From Octopus sinensis (lineage: Eukaryota), in assembly GCF_006345805.1 (NCBI RefSeq), contig NC_042998.1:2046001-2110000 (forward strand): a stretch of DNA of 64,000 nucleotides. The letters run 5' to 3'. Below, in pieces: positions 11,924 through 27,700 of this stretch. The stretch's first letter is position 1; each line of letters begins with the position of its first letter. A model generated the notes under the pieces. That model worked only from the letters and a program-made list of their open reading frames with translations. It searched no databases and was not told the DNA's origin. The position numbers and the translations under genes were made by a program.

Positions 11924-13993
11924 AGTAGTGAAGTTACAGAGGAGTGAATACAAGTGAAGTGGTACAGGAGATTAGATAGGGTGAGAGAGAGCTGGTAAGT
12001 TGATAAGAGTGCAAAAGCTGAGTTGGAGGGGAAAGGAATACAGTGGAGGGAGGAGGTTAGGAAGATGTATTATGGGGGAGAGATTTGTCGAACATTGCTC
12101 AAAGGCATCATTCTATTCCTATGCTTTGCTAAACACCATGATACAATTACGATTTGAAATAATTTATGCTGGTCATTCAGTCTGCAGACATCTGGAAGAA
12201 ATTATGAATTGTTACCATTTTGGTTGTGTTCCTAGGTAAATGCAATTCCTGCAAGAATGCATTCTAAGAATAAATTATTATAGTAGATTGTAACCTGTCA
12301 ATTTACTTCAGTTCTATAGTTTAATCCTTTGTTAATCTCAAATAAAGAAATATTTCTACTGCCCACTAGCATGTTCTACAATGTGTCCTAAATTCTCTCT
12401 ATTATACAAAGATTTCAGCTATAGCATCTCTTTCTAGATAATGTATATACTATAAATGTATTATTAAAAACGTATTGTATTATTAAAAACGACCAGGAAA
12501 AATTACTCAGGGATACCTGCCACATGTAAACTTAATAGTAAAGTGTATACTAACTTACCTGATATAGTGATACAAGATATTAAGATATTTTAATTACCAA
12601 AATTAATCATTTATATAATGATTGTTCTCATCACTAAGGACATGGGTTTAATTAAAACGTCTTGTGTCAAGAATATTAGCATCCATTTTACTCTTATATT
12701 TTCATGCAGCAGGCATCTCCTGGATAATTTTCCAGTCATTCTAATAAGTTATAGCAACATGAAAGTGTTCACTCATGAAGAAATTCTATCCCTTTGGTCA
12801 GTCTTACCATGAATTGTATGTCTTAGAATTTATTGCTGATGAAATCTGTTAAGACTGGAACATATCCAGAGTTGTCTCTGTATTACTAACAAACAGACAT
12901 CTCTCTGCATCTGTTACTAACTGTTATAGTAATTTTCAAGATTGTCACTTCTTTTTCTTTCCCTTTTTTGTAGAATTAGTTGCTTAGATACATATTGTTC
13001 TTATCACTAAATTTGTAATTTTAAGTTATTAAAATCTCTCACCTTACTACATCAAATACGCTAGTATCTGTTTTACCATTGAGAGCAATGAACAAATGTG
13101 GCCCATCCTGAGGGAATACAACTCACCAATCCAGTGCATTACTTTGATTTAGTTCTCTATTCATCAACTAAAAATCTAGACCCACTAGAAACAAATCTTG
13201 CTTATATAAAATAATTGAAGTCTGTTATTCTTAAGAACTTTTGTCAAAAGTTAATACTAAAGTTGTTACTTGTTATGAAATATTAAATTTGCCTTACACT
13301 TTAATGCTCATACATCTGGAATAAGAATGGAGCCCTTATGACACATACATGTATACTGTAGACCACATTTACCAAAAAATGCTATTCTAATCTTACTAGC
13401 AATTCTGCAATACTTTTCAAATAGTCAAGTTGTCCTGTATTTGTCTTCTGAACTGCTACTCTGCTAAACACACCCATTCTTACAATCCATCTAAATCCAT
13501 TTGGTTGCAATTCTTGTCTCTCTTTACCCTCTCCTTCCATCTTCCTCCTAGTTCTCCACCTTCTTCTCACCTCTCTGCTTTTGTGATAATACACTTCTAC
13601 CCAATATTTTCTTCTCAGAACTGCATTCAATCATCTCTCGAATAACCTGTCTTTCAACTGTTTAATCCTTTAGCATTTAAACCAGCCACATCCAGCCTCT
13701 CACATCCAGCCTACAATGCCATTTTAAAAATATACAATCACATTATCAAAATTTCAAAGCTATGAGATAATACAGGATTAATTCAAAGCAAAGTGGGTAA
13801 ATAAGCATTATATTGGACAGAGTGATCTGAATGCAAAAGGGCTGAACTGAGCATTTACCAAAGTGAACTTTGACTGATGCAAGAGGCACTAGTATAGCTG
13901 GAGGAGCGGGGCAGTAAGGGCAATCCACCCCAGGCAGCACTTTTGGGTCTACTGTAGGCAATATGTGTTTTTTATGGGGTCCGGGGGTGGAAA

Positions 13994-14026
<33 letters not shown>

Positions 14027-17000
14027 GCTGAAGTGAAAAAGAAGTATATAGTTTGTGTGATTAATTACAAAGAAAGAAAAATGGAAAATGACCATCCCCA
14101 AATATAACAATTTTAAAAACACTTAGGAGTTAAAAAAAAACAGTTTAAGAGAAGGAAGAGACTTTTCCAGTTTTTACAGGTGGCACACACTGTTGCTACG
14201 CTAGTAGCAACGGGACTTCTAAAGGCTTTGATCTTTTGAAAATGTTCACTAACCAGCAGGCATTGTGAGTGTAAAATGGTACATGATGGTCACTTGTATC
14301 TTACTAGCATTTGTTTCCTCAACTCTTTGATAAAATACAAGTTTTGTGTTGTAGTTGACCATTCTCATTAGTCATGAGCACTGCCTCTCCTTATTAGAGC
14401 TAACTTCATGGTTTTTCACCTATAGCGAACCCCTTGTATTCTTTTTAATAGGCATTAAGCATGAGTTTTTTTGTTTTTTTGTTTATCATCCTTTTCTAAT
14501 TAGTATTATTTTAAAAACTATTAAGGTAATGAGCTGGCAGAACCATGCTAAACAAATTACTTAGCAGCATTTCATCCATCTGTGCATTCTGAGTTCAAAT
14601 TCCACTGTGGTCAATTTTGCCTTTCATCCTTTCAAATAAGATAAAATGAATACTGGTCAAGTACTGGAGTCGATATAATTGTCTTACCCCTCCACTCAAA
14701 AATTGCTGGCCCTGTGCCAAAATTTGAAACCATTTAAAAACTTTTCTTCATGAAAACTTACTGAAAAACAGTTTATTGTTTTTAGCTTATTTGAATTTAT
14801 TTTAAAATGAACATGTTCTCACCTGTTGAAATGTTGCTTTTTTATATTTTTAAATCCAAATAGAAGAAGGTGAGAAACTACATTATTTATAAAGTAAACA
14901 GTTTGTATGTCGGCTTGGTTACTGGTACTTTAAAATATAATAAATGGAACCTTCTTTTTGTTTACTTGGAAAAGATTAGTCACAAAGAAGAAAAAAACTT
15001 ATCAATCCTAGTTGACTTCATATTAACAAAATAGATAAGCTTCAATATTCTTGGCTTTATACTCAGGTTTTTGTTTTAAAAAAAGAAATGTATATATATA
15101 TATGCTTCAGTGTTTTGCTTTACAGTCAAGTTATTCCTTTTATTATTTTTTTTTGTAGTTATTTAATCTTTTTAACCCCTCTAATATAAATAAATGCTTT
15201 GAATTACTGCTGTCAGATATAGTTTATGTTTACTTAAAAGAAACTAAAGCACTTTGCCCCTTTCAACAGACCACATTACAGTCTTTTCTTATGAACTGAA
15301 CCATTTAATTTTCAGAAAAGAGTAATTCTGAGATGCCATCTCCATAATAAGCAAACTGTGTTAGGTTATTAGCTCATCATCATTTTTCATTTAATATCCA
15401 TTTTCTATGCCGGCATGGGTTGAATGGTTTGCTTGGAGCTGGTACGGTCAAGGGCTGCACCAGGCTCCATTGTCTGTTCTGGTGTGGTCTCTATGGCTGG
15501 ATGCCCTTTCTAATGCCATCCACTCTACAGAGTGTACTGGGTGCTTTTTATGTGATACCAGCACTAATGCTTTTCTGAAGTACCAGCACCTGTATCAGTC
15601 CTGCTGTGGTGGACAGGTCTTCTTGAATACAGTAATTCATGGACTATTATTTGTGCTGAAGTGTATAATCATTGATGGAGGAACATAAAATTGTCTAGAA
15701 ACTAAACCCTATTATTTTATGTTGTTACATTTCTATACATTTACTTATCATTTATAAGTTTGTTCACTTTCACATTAGCAAGTTATGACTAGACTATACT
15801 TGCCAATGATGACAAAATAAGAACTTGTTCATACTTCTAAACTTTTGGAAAATATTCAGATTTGACAAATATTTTTCACTATGTATTTGGTATTTCAGAT
15901 TTTAATGTTATATTATTATCATATGTATAGATTCGTTCTTAATAGGTTCCAGCAGACTTGGATAAGAATTTGATTCACTGCTGGATTTCATCTTTGGAAA
16001 ACAACTTCTCTCTTTAGATCAGCAGTTCTCAATCATTTTTTACCTATGGACCCTTTGATTCTTATTTTGCTCAGTTAGACCCTTATAGCTATTTGAAGTT
16101 TAAAAAATCCTGTAATATTTTTAGATTTAAATATCATTATATATCATATAAAAAAAATTGTTAAAATATTTTGTGTAATGTAGAAATGTAACCAGTTTAT
16201 TGTACATAAATTTTAGCAATAAAATCCTATGTAGACCTCCAAGGGTCATTTGGATCCCAGTTGAGAACCTCAGCTTTAGATGATCACCATGCTCTAAAAA
16301 TGCTGTAACCTTACCTCTTATTTGTCAGTCGCAAAATGAATGTACCAAGTTACATTTATCTTTGGAACAATTAGTTGTATTCACATGATTTAGGTTAACT
16401 TGTATTTTTAAGTACTCAAGCACAAAATTTCTGAAACCATAGACATTAGTGAGGCAGTAACATAGTTAGTTATGTACTTTATGAACTTACAAATTTTTAT
16501 GAAAATATCTTTTTATATAATCTTATCTGTGAGGTTAAGAATTTCCCTTCACAACCTTGTGGCTTGGGACTCAATCCTAGTGTGTGGCACCTTGAGCAAG
16601 TGTCTCTTTCTATAGACTTGGGTTGACCGATACCTTGTGAATAAAATTTGGTTGTTGAAAAACTATACTAAAGCACATTGTGTGTGTGCGATGTTTATGT
16701 TTGTTGGTATATCAAACTGTGTCTCTTTTTCAAATATGTAATTTTATGATTTGATAAGTTAAGTAATGGAGTCAGTACTGTTGACAGAAACCTTTGACAG
16801 CAGTACCCCCCCCCTGCATGGTCACAATCTAATGACTTAGACTACTAAAGTGGATTGTATATGTATCCTAGTTGACAGTAGTATAATAAATAAGGTAATT
16901 AAGGAGATAAAGACAGGGAAAACTGGTCTATCAAGAATTGCTGCTGAGATGCTTAAAATATCTGGCAGAATAGTATAAATGTATGGTTGTCTGATTGTTT

Positions 17001-20000
17001 ATATGGGATGGTATTACCCCAAATGACTTGTATAGCAGCATTATAGTCAGCTGCTACAAGAGTAAAGGAAATACCTTAGATTGAAGTAATTAGAAAAGAT
17101 CAAATTGCTAGACAGGTCATGGAAGTTACGGAGAGAGTTAGTTAGTGTCCAATGAATTAGGAACAAAATTAGACTAAATGAAATGCAGTTTGATTTTCTG
17201 TCTTCTTTCCAGCTATTCTCAGCCATCCTTATATAATGTGGGGTAGGCTTGTATCTCTAGACACCTGGGTTTGTCCTTCCAGCACATTCTAGCCTCTCAA
17301 CATCTGACATGGAACCATTGCTTCTTCTTACCCTCTTAAATATTAACTCCCTCATTTTGCCATGGAATCTAGTACAGAGAAGACAACAGAGTAATGTTGC
17401 TAGTAGGAGAGGTTGGAGAGGTGAAAAGGGAGAGTGAAGTATAGTATCAGAATAAAACAGGGGACATCAAGCTCAGAGAAGTTAAGGGAAGATAGTATGA
17501 GTGAAAGTATTTGTGAAAATGACAGGAGAAATGAACAAGTAATAGAAAGAAAAACTCCCAAAAAGAAAAAAATCCTCTTTTAGTAAAATACAGAAATTAC
17601 CATGGTCTGACAATTTTAAGAAAGAAAGAAGGAAGGACAGCCAGCCAGCCGGACAAATAGATGAATAGATAGATAGGCAGATAAACAGATAGACAGATAG
17701 AGAGAAAGACAGACAGACAGATAGATAGATAGATGGATAGATAGGACTTGTTGCTAGTTTTTTTAAGAAGGAGATACATGGCCTGATGGGAGCTGGTGAG
17801 GATGATGTGCTGGTGTATCTCAGGCAACATAGTTGTGGTCTAGTACAGAGAGACAGTTTTTTTAAGAAGGAGATACGTGGCCCGATGGGGGCTGGTGAAT
17901 TTTTGAAGGGGACGCGTCACCTGGTGGAGGCTGTTTCTCTGTACCTGACCACAACTATGTTGCTTGAGATAACAGCAGCACATTTGTAACAGAGGTTTTT
18001 TTTACCTTTTCCCTCCTTTTCTTTTTCTCTTCTTATTTGGTCTCTCTGTTGGGTTCACATTAAGGAGACTCTCTTTCTCCCATGCATTCTCTACATGTAA
18101 TAATATACCTTCTTAGTTATACTCCCACACCTCATTGTTTTCAGAATCTCTTAATGCAAGCATACCATTATCTATCTGTACACACTTCTCTCCCACAACA
18201 TCTTAATTTTCTTAGATCAGCCTTTGCCACTTTGCCCATGTTTCCCTTTGTCTTCCAACTGACTGGGTAACCCCCCCCCTCCCCGGACTTAGCTGCTAAT
18301 GTCATATATCATAAACTGACAGTTATTCAAGGAGAGATTTTTCTTTCATTCACTTCATACCATAAAGCCAAAGTTAAGCTCCAGCTTCCAAATTCCTTCC
18401 ACTGAGTTTAGAAGATCTTCATCTTTTATTATATATTTTTTGTTGTTCTCCCTCATCTTTCTACTGCATATATTACTTCCTTACACAAGTCCTTTGCTCC
18501 CTATGGAGCACAAGTTATCAATGACTTTTCCCCCCTGTTTTTGACTCTGGGCTGTCAGGCAAGGAATGGCCTTACTCTCTCTCAGATCTTATTGGTTCTG
18601 AATTATCATAAATGCTGCTGTAATTGCTATTTTCTAGATAGATAGGGGTTTTGATCCTATGCAAGGGCTTTTTTACCTTTAGGAAAGGTAGTCCTTATTA
18701 GTCTCACCCCTATCCTTTGACCTCTCCAAGATGAGAAGCCCTATGGGGAGCTTGTGCTCCACAGGCATAGCTCTTACAGTCACTGAGGTGCATAAGTCAT
18801 TGAGGTTCTGCAACAAAGACTGGACTGTATATATATTGGAGATATGATATTTGTATAGAAGTAGAACTGGAATTTACATAAATATATTTATGTACACAAA
18901 GAGACTGATAGAATAAATACCAGACTTTAAAAACAAATACTGGGGTTGATTTGTTCGGCTTAAAATTCTTCAAGGTGGTGCCCCAGCAGGGCCATAGTCT
19001 AGTGACTGAAACAAGTAAAAAATAATAGATATTAATCCATTAAATTTCTAATAGTAAATTTGTTATCTAACCAAAAAGGTCAGTGAGCTTGTAACATCTT
19101 GATAAGTTATAAAATAGTAATGAGAGCAAATGTTGAAAATACCAATGACCGATGAGGAAAAATTACTTTTCTTACTAGTAAAATACAACCGTCTGAATGA
19201 CTTTTTCATAGCTTATGCAATGTAGACATGGCTGTGCAATAAAATAGTAATTTAATAATGAAATTATTGTATACAGTGCTCTGGTGCACCACAACTTGTC
19301 AAAAGTGCATATAAAGCACATGCAGTAATGTACAAATGTCTGGAAAGTGAACAGTGTATGAGTCAGATACATGCTTGCGTGTATATGGAGGAGAGAAAGT
19401 CAGGTGTAGTGTTGGCGAATCTCAGGAAGCATGGAAGTTTTGAAGGATGCAGTGCTCCGACAACTAACAACTGATGCTGGCAGTTTGTTCCATGCTTCAG
19501 CAACTCTTAGTGTGAAAAAATGTTTCCAAAAGTCATGGGAGCTGTGCTGTTTTCTGACTTTGTAAACATGTCCACAGATGTTCTCAATCTCATAATTTGG
19601 GTCCTGTCTCATTGTGTGGCATCTTGGGTGTGTATCTCCTACAATAACTCTGGGTTTATCAAAGCCTCGTGAGTGGATATGGTTGACAGAAGCTGAAAGA
19701 AGCCCATCATGTGTATGTGTGTGTGTGTGAGTGTGTTATTGTATCCTAACCTTGAACTCATGTGATTGTTATAAGCAAGTGTCGCCATCACAGAATCGGT
19801 GTGCTTTATTTCCAATCTTCTTAGAAAGCAGGTCTGGTTATAAGGAAACATTACCTTACTTGGAAACAGGTGAGGGTTGGTGACAAGGAAATCTATCTCA
19901 ACAAATTCCAACCAGCGCATGCTGGCTTGGAAAAATGAACATCAGAAATGATGATGATGACAATGATGGTGATGATATATTAGCACATCTTTTTTGTATA

Positions 20001-20631
20001 GGGTACCACTTTGTCTAATATGGATAAAGGTGAATTTGATTGTTATTGCTTATCCCTAGGTTGGCTCTGATTGGACAGACTAATGATGAAAATAATCCAG
20101 GCTGTGTTTTTGTACATCCTTGTCGTTTGTTTGTTCCTTCTCAAGCCATGCCTGGCTCATAAGGGCCAGTTTCCTGGCATATAGGTTCCCCACCTGGATG
20201 GGATGCCGGTCCATTGCAGGTGAGCTGCAAGATGCAGGAGGAAAGAGTGAGAGAAAGTTGTGGCAAAAGAGTCAGCAGAAGTCCGCCATTACCTTCGGCC
20301 GGAGCCACGCGGAGCTTAGGTATTTCGCTCATAAATACACACATCACCCGTGATCCCTCGACTGTGAGTCCGCTGCTCTAACCACTAGGCCATGTGCCTC
20401 CACGTATTTTTGTACATCAAGAACTACTCATTGAATTCATTCTTTGAAATGGTTTTGTCTAATTTAAAGACTTGAGTGCCATTTCTAGCAGATCAAGTGA
20501 CTATCTAGAAACACTATTGTGGAACATCAGTGCCAGCTGATATACACAGACATAACCCTTACAAGAGAGAGAACATACTTTTAGGTCATACTATACTAGG
20601 CAAACAAAACAGTACCTTTGTCTACTAAAAA

Positions 20632-20674
<43 letters not shown>

Positions 20675-23485
20675 TGACTCTGTGTGTGTGTGTGTGTATT
20701 AAGTTGTGGGAGGGATACCTGGCAGTGTTACAGTTATATATATACAAATACCATCTCAGAATGGATATCATTCTTGTAAAATGATAGTGAAACTTTTCAA
20801 ATGGTTGATAAGATTTACTTATTGCTAACCATACTTGAACATGATATAAATTTCGAGTGCTTCTATTTTTTGCTTCTAACTCTACTGTTAAATCTAGAGG
20901 TCAGTGTTCTAGATTCTGAACCTTGTCAACTTGTAGATAATAGTAAGAGCTCAATTTCTTTTTTTTCTGTCTACGTTTGATAAAAATTCCGTTGTTGATA
21001 GTTTGAACTCACATTTTTGTGACAACTCTTCTTGCATTCTACTAATTTTCGGTTTATGTTTGCTGTAACTTTACTTATCTGATAACTTGAACAAATACTA
21101 TAGACATTCAAATACAGGACAACATGAAAGTACATATGTAGAGCTTTCTCTCAAAAAGTGTCCCTAGAAAAGAAAAAGGGTCATGTTATATTTAAAGTCC
21201 TTAAAAAGTAATTTTTTGTCCCTCAAAAGCAAACCTTCATTTATTTAGAAGCATATGCAGTAACTGACAAAGATGAATGTATTCTGTTCTTTCATGATTT
21301 CGACAGAGCCCAACGCAGTTTGCTGCTCTCTTCACCCTTTTGATACCACCCCACCAAAAACCGCCTCTGGCTCTGGAGTACAAATGTCATGCTTTCATAA
21401 ATTTTGAATTAAAACCTTCCACCAAACCTTAGTCACAATTTATGCTCCTAACACTAGCTTAATGAGAAAGAAACACAGAGCATCTCAAAATAAATACAGT
21501 AACGAAAGGGTTAAGGAATATTAGTTGATCTTGTTTATCACCCAAGGTAATGGCAAAAAGTGCAAGATTATCTGCAAAATCTATTAGTTCCATGTATTTT
21601 CTCTATTAATACTTAAAGTGTAATCAAGAGTAATGATAAACAGGAAGGGCACGAAAGTATTACCTTGAAGAACTCATGAAGTTACATCAAACATCTCAAA
21701 CTCATTATCAGAGGTGAGGATTTTGTATCTCTGTAAAGTACTTTAATTGTGTCAGTTATCTTTCGAAGGTTTGCTCAGTGAATTGAACAGAAATCCTTTC
21801 TAAAATTTACAAATATTAATACCACCTTTGGACAGCAAAGAGTTATTTGCAACTAGTAGGACTTGCGGAAATTCCATGGTATAAGTCAGCATATTTGAAA
21901 ACATCATGTTTGTATATTAAACATAAGCAAGGAATTAAAATTTTTTTATCCTGCCAGTTGATGAAAACAATACTTTTTAATATTTCGTTCCAATTTTGTC
22001 ACCCTTTTCAAGCCTAGCCAGGCTCATGGGCCCGGTTTCCCGGTTTCTGTGGCGTATGTGTTCCCCACTAGTTGGACGGGATGCCAGTCCATCGCAGCAT
22101 TACTCAAGAAGCAGGAAGAGAGAGTGAGAGAAAGTTGTGGCGAAAGAGTACAATAGGGGTCGCCACCACACCCTGCCAGAGCCTCGTGGAACTTTTAGGT
22201 GTTTTCGCTCAATAAACACACACAACACCCGGTCTGGGAATCGAAACCACGATCCTCCGACCACGAGTCTGTTGCCCTAACCACTGGGCCATTGCACCCC
22301 CACACTTTTTAATATAATTGAAACAAATTTCAAAAGTATTGCTTATTTACCTCTTTGAAATATCTTTGACGGATATGATGTGCTTTACAGTTTCAGGAAA
22401 TAAAAGATGAATTCACAAAATAAAACATATTCATTCAGATCAATTAAATGTTTATTATTTAAATCTTTATTACATATTTTTACAAAGTAAATAAATAAAT
22501 ACAAGCTATAGATACAAACATTCTACATCACAAATGGAACTATATATTTCTTTACTACCCACAACCGGCTAAACAGAGGGGACAAACAAGGACAGACAAA
22601 GGTATTAAGTCGATTACATCGACCCCAGTGCGTAACTGGTACTTAATTTATCAACCCCGAAAGGATGAAAGGCAAAGTCGACCTTGGCGGAATTTGAACT
22701 CAGAACGTAACGGCAGACAAAATAACTATATGAACTGTATGTGACATACATATAGAAACAGATATATAAAAAGAACTGATTTAAATGTGTATGAAATAGG
22801 AATTGTAAGGGATCACAGAAAACACTTTACAAACTGTGGACTTAATGTTTTACCTCTGCCACCAACTTTGCATAGAATTAACTAACAAAAGGCATTAAGC
22901 CTTTTCCATTATTGGAACCTTTTTAGGACTCTATTCTTACTTTTGTTGCAATACTTTAAAACAAATTAATTTACATAAGAAAGAAGCTAATTAACTCTAT
23001 CAGTTATTAATTGTTAACATTGCTATTTATCTATTCATTCGCACACACACACACATGTTCATTTATCTATTGTTGTTGTTGTTGTTATTAAGGTGGCCAG
23101 CTGGTAGAATTGTTCGCTGGCTGCACGAAATGCTTAGCAGTATTTTGCCCATCACTACATTCTGAGTTCAAATTCTGCCGAGGTTGACTTTGCCTTGAAT
23201 CCTTTCAGGGTTGATAATTAATTACCAGTTGAACACTGGGGTTGATGTAATTAACTCATCTCTACCTCCAAATGGCTGTCTTTGTGGCAAAATTTGAAAT
23301 CATCATCATTATTACTACTACTACTACTACTACTACTACTACCACTACTATTAATATTATTATTATTATTATTATCATTTATTATTATTATTATCATTTA
23401 TTATTATTATTATTATTATCATTTATTATTATTATTATTATTATCATTTATTATTATTCTTCTTCTTCTTATTATTATTATTATC

Positions 23486-23524
<39 letters not shown>

Positions 23525-23722
23525 CATTTATTATTATCATTTATTATTATTATTATCATTTATTATCATTATTATTATTATTATCATTTATTATTATCAT
23601 TTATTATTATTATTATTATTATTATTATCATTTATTATTATTATTATTATTATTATCATTTATTATTATTATTATTATTATCATTTATTATTATTCTTCT
23701 TCTTATTATTATTATTATTATC

Positions 23723-23767
<45 letters not shown>

Positions 23768-24484
23768 CATTTATTATTATCATTTATTATTATTATTATC
23801 ATTTATTATCATTATTATTATTATTATCATTTATTATTATCATTTATTATTATTATTATTATTATTATTATCATTTATTATTATTATTATTATTATTATC
23901 ATTTATTATTATTATTATTATTATCATTTATTATTATTATTATTATTATCATTTATTATTATTATTATTATCATTTATTATTATTATTATTATTATTATT
24001 ATCATTTATTATTATCATTTATTATTATCATTTATTATTATTATTATTATTATCATTTATTATTATCATTTATTATTATTATTACTATCATTTATTATTA
24101 TCATTTATTATTATCATTTATTATTATTATTATTATTATAATTTATTATTATCATTTATTATTATTATTATTATTATTATAATTTATTATTATCATTTAT
24201 TATTATTATTATTATTATAATTTATTATTATCATTTATTATTATTATTATTATTATAATTTATTATTATCATTTATTATTATTATTATCATTTATTATTA
24301 TTATTATTATCATTTATTATTATTATTATTATTATTATTATCATTTATTATTATTATTATTATTATCATTTATTATTATTATTATTATCATTTATTATTA
24401 TTATTATTATTATCATTTATTATTATTATTATTATCATTTATTATTGTCATTTATTATTATTATTACTATCATTTATTATTATC

Positions 24485-24532
<48 letters not shown>

Positions 24533-24545
24533 CATTTATTATCAT

Positions 24546-24588
<43 letters not shown>

Positions 24589-24627
24589 CATTTATTATCA
24601 TTATTATTATTATCATTTATTATTATC

Positions 24628-24664
<37 letters not shown>

Positions 24665-24723
24665 TTTATTATCATTTATTATTATTATTATTATTATTAT
24701 CATTTATTATTATTATTATTATC

Positions 24724-24783
<60 letters not shown>

Positions 24784-27700
24784 CATCATTATTATTATTA
24801 TTTTTATCTGTTTTGCAGAATGTTAATGTCCACTATGTTAGTATTGGAGATAAAAATAAGCCCCTGATGCTTTTCGTCCATGGTTTCCCAGAATGTTGGT
24901 ATTCCTGGCGCTTTCAAATAGTTGAGTTCTGTAAAAATTACAGGTAAGATTCTAACTTACTTCACCTGTAATTATAAAACTTTGATTTAAACACATCATC
25001 AGATTTGTTTCACATCCTTGCTATTAAAAAATAGAAATTAAATTAAAATTTCATGATACTTATATACCATTTTTTATATATTTTGTACTAGACTTGAACT
25101 AATAAATTTCCCTTTCAACAAGCATCAGTTTTCTCAGTTTTCATGTTATCATTTGTTTGTTCATTTTTACACCTGTTTTCCCAAGTTTAACAAATACATT
25201 TTGTGACATGTTGTGGTATTGTTTTACATCCAGAAGCCCTTCATGTTTCTAATCTTTACTTGATTTTCATGTATTATAATTTTTATTCCACTTGCCTTTC
25301 AAAGTACCAAGCTGCAAGACAATTTGTTTGCAAGGAATCCTAATGTTTTCTGCCCAATGCTTGTTTGTCATTATTTACATTTATACAGAATGTAAATTAT
25401 ATGCACACACATGCAACGGCTTCCATACAGTTTCCATCTACCAATTTCACATTGACAAGGCATTGGTTGTCCCAATGTACAATACAGTGTGATAGAACTT
25501 ATGTTTTATAGAAAGAAAGGAATCTCTGTACTCAAACAGCCTAGCCTACAACAAGTTTGTAAACTTTTCTAAATAAGGTACAGGAGTGGCTGTGTGGTAA
25601 GTAGCTTGTTTACCAACCACATGGTTCCGGGTTCAGTCCCACTGCGTGACACCTTGGGCAAGTGTCTTCTACTATAGCCCCGGGCCGACCAAAGCCTTGT
25701 GAGTGGATTTGGTAGATGGAAACTGAAAGAAGCCTGTCGTATATATGTATATATATATATATATATATGCATGTGTGTGTTTGTGTGTCTGTGTTTGTCC
25801 CCCTAGCATTGCTTGACAACCAATGCTGGTGTGTTTATGTCCCCGTTACTTAGCGGTTTGGCAAAAGAGACCGATAGAATAAGTACTGGGCTTACAAAAG
25901 AATAAGTCCCGGGGTCGAGTTGCTCAATTAAAGGTGGTGCTCCAGCATGGCCGCAGTCAAATGACTGAAACAAGTAAAAGAGTAAAGAGTAAGATTAATG
26001 TTGAAAGCTATAAAGTATGAACTACCAATAAAAAAACCAAACTAGTTTGAATGTGTAATGCATAGCAAAATCAGTAAAAGTTCTTTGGGCATGCTTACTG
26101 TTGACACAGTTTCTTCTTTTATGCTGTTGACATTCCTGGCTATTTTTCTTATTATTTATGTTGTCTCTCTCTAGTGTAGGGACAATGGTGTTATCAGTTT
26201 AATGTCTTTTTTTTACTACACTTTCGTCAACAGCTAGCATACAACAAGTTGTCTCAACTTATTGTATGTAAATAATTATCAATTTACAAATCCTCAACAT
26301 TTAAGGTCTCTGTCTCACTGCCATACAGCCTTGCAGTTCATACCCATGTATCATACAAACTACTTTTCACTTTGAGAGAGATATCCTTTACGACACCAAC
26401 AGAGATAAAAGCTCCCTGAACATTCTCTAGCACATTCTTACCATCACTGTTATACCCTTTGGAACATCCGTTAATATTGCTTATTAGATTACCTTGATAA
26501 CAGAAGCAATTAACTATTTCTAGGAAACCATCCACACATTGAAGAAGAACATTTTCCTGTCTTCTTTTACTGTTTATTACTTCAGTGCATCTGCTTCACA
26601 CAAAGTCTGTTTTCTCTGTAAGCCTGCCTGCAATTCCACTATATCTCTTGTATATTCACAGTTTATAAAGTCCTCACTCTAAGGAATTGTTAGCTATATC
26701 CTTTCTGTATATCAAGCAAGGACAAGGCCTCATGATTCTAGGTTTTGCCTCCACTTCTAGTATCTTCTCTCTCATTCAACTACTGTTTTAGCTGTAAGAA
26801 CTGGGTCATCAGCATATAGGCATTCTCACTGTGAATTCATATGAAAGTCCTGTGTATAATAAATTGAAAGGGACTCAGAATTGAGCCTTGAGGAATCCCT
26901 ACATGTATACAAATTTCATTGCTGTACCCATTGTTGACTGTTATCTTCTTGATTCCACCTCTATACATTGTTTGTGTGGCTCTTACAAACCATTCATCTA
27001 CTCCTAGCTACCTCAGTGACCACCAAACCACAGAGCAAGATAGCTTGAGAATGCCTTTCTCAGGCTGATGAATACTTGGCCATTGTCATATGCCTGCCAC
27101 ACATTGATGACACTACAATGAAAGTCTTCCCAATTCTCATTGGTATTCCTGAATGACCAAGAGCCTTTCCTTCCTTTATATTCTTAATTGCTTTTTGTAT
27201 CAGGATTTTGTCAACTGGAATGACAGATCTCTGTTGGCATTACTCTAGAAAAATTCTCTTCCTCTCAAGCATTATCCACAGCCTCCACAGCCTTTCATAA
27301 TAACATCTCTGTGTTTTTTACTTCTTAATGCCAGTGAGACCAAATGTGCCATTATCATTCCATGAACACTTTTCCCTTATGACGTCTTGATTCTCTGCCT
27401 TGCAGTCTGAACAACATCTTGCTTCTGATCTTCATTGGTAAACCTATTAAATTCTGCTTCTCTCCTTGCTAACTTCATCTGACATCAAGTTTCTTTTTTT
27501 TACTTCCTCTCTTTCCAAGCTTATCTCTTATGTCTTACGTGTGTGTGTGTGTGTGTGTTTGTATGTGTCTGTCTGTCTGTCTGTGTCTGTGTGTATATGT
27601 ACCTCTGAATCTGTCTTCACATCAGTTTAAAAAATAAAGGTTGATAAAATAAGTACCCTTTAAGGCAGTGCCCCAGTATCTAGCATGCCCACCCACAGTC

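Noticed and set aside
23272-24867. Ile/Tyr/Leu-rich ORFs of 140-312 aa
   Set aside because: They are translations of the (ATT)n array within intron 1.
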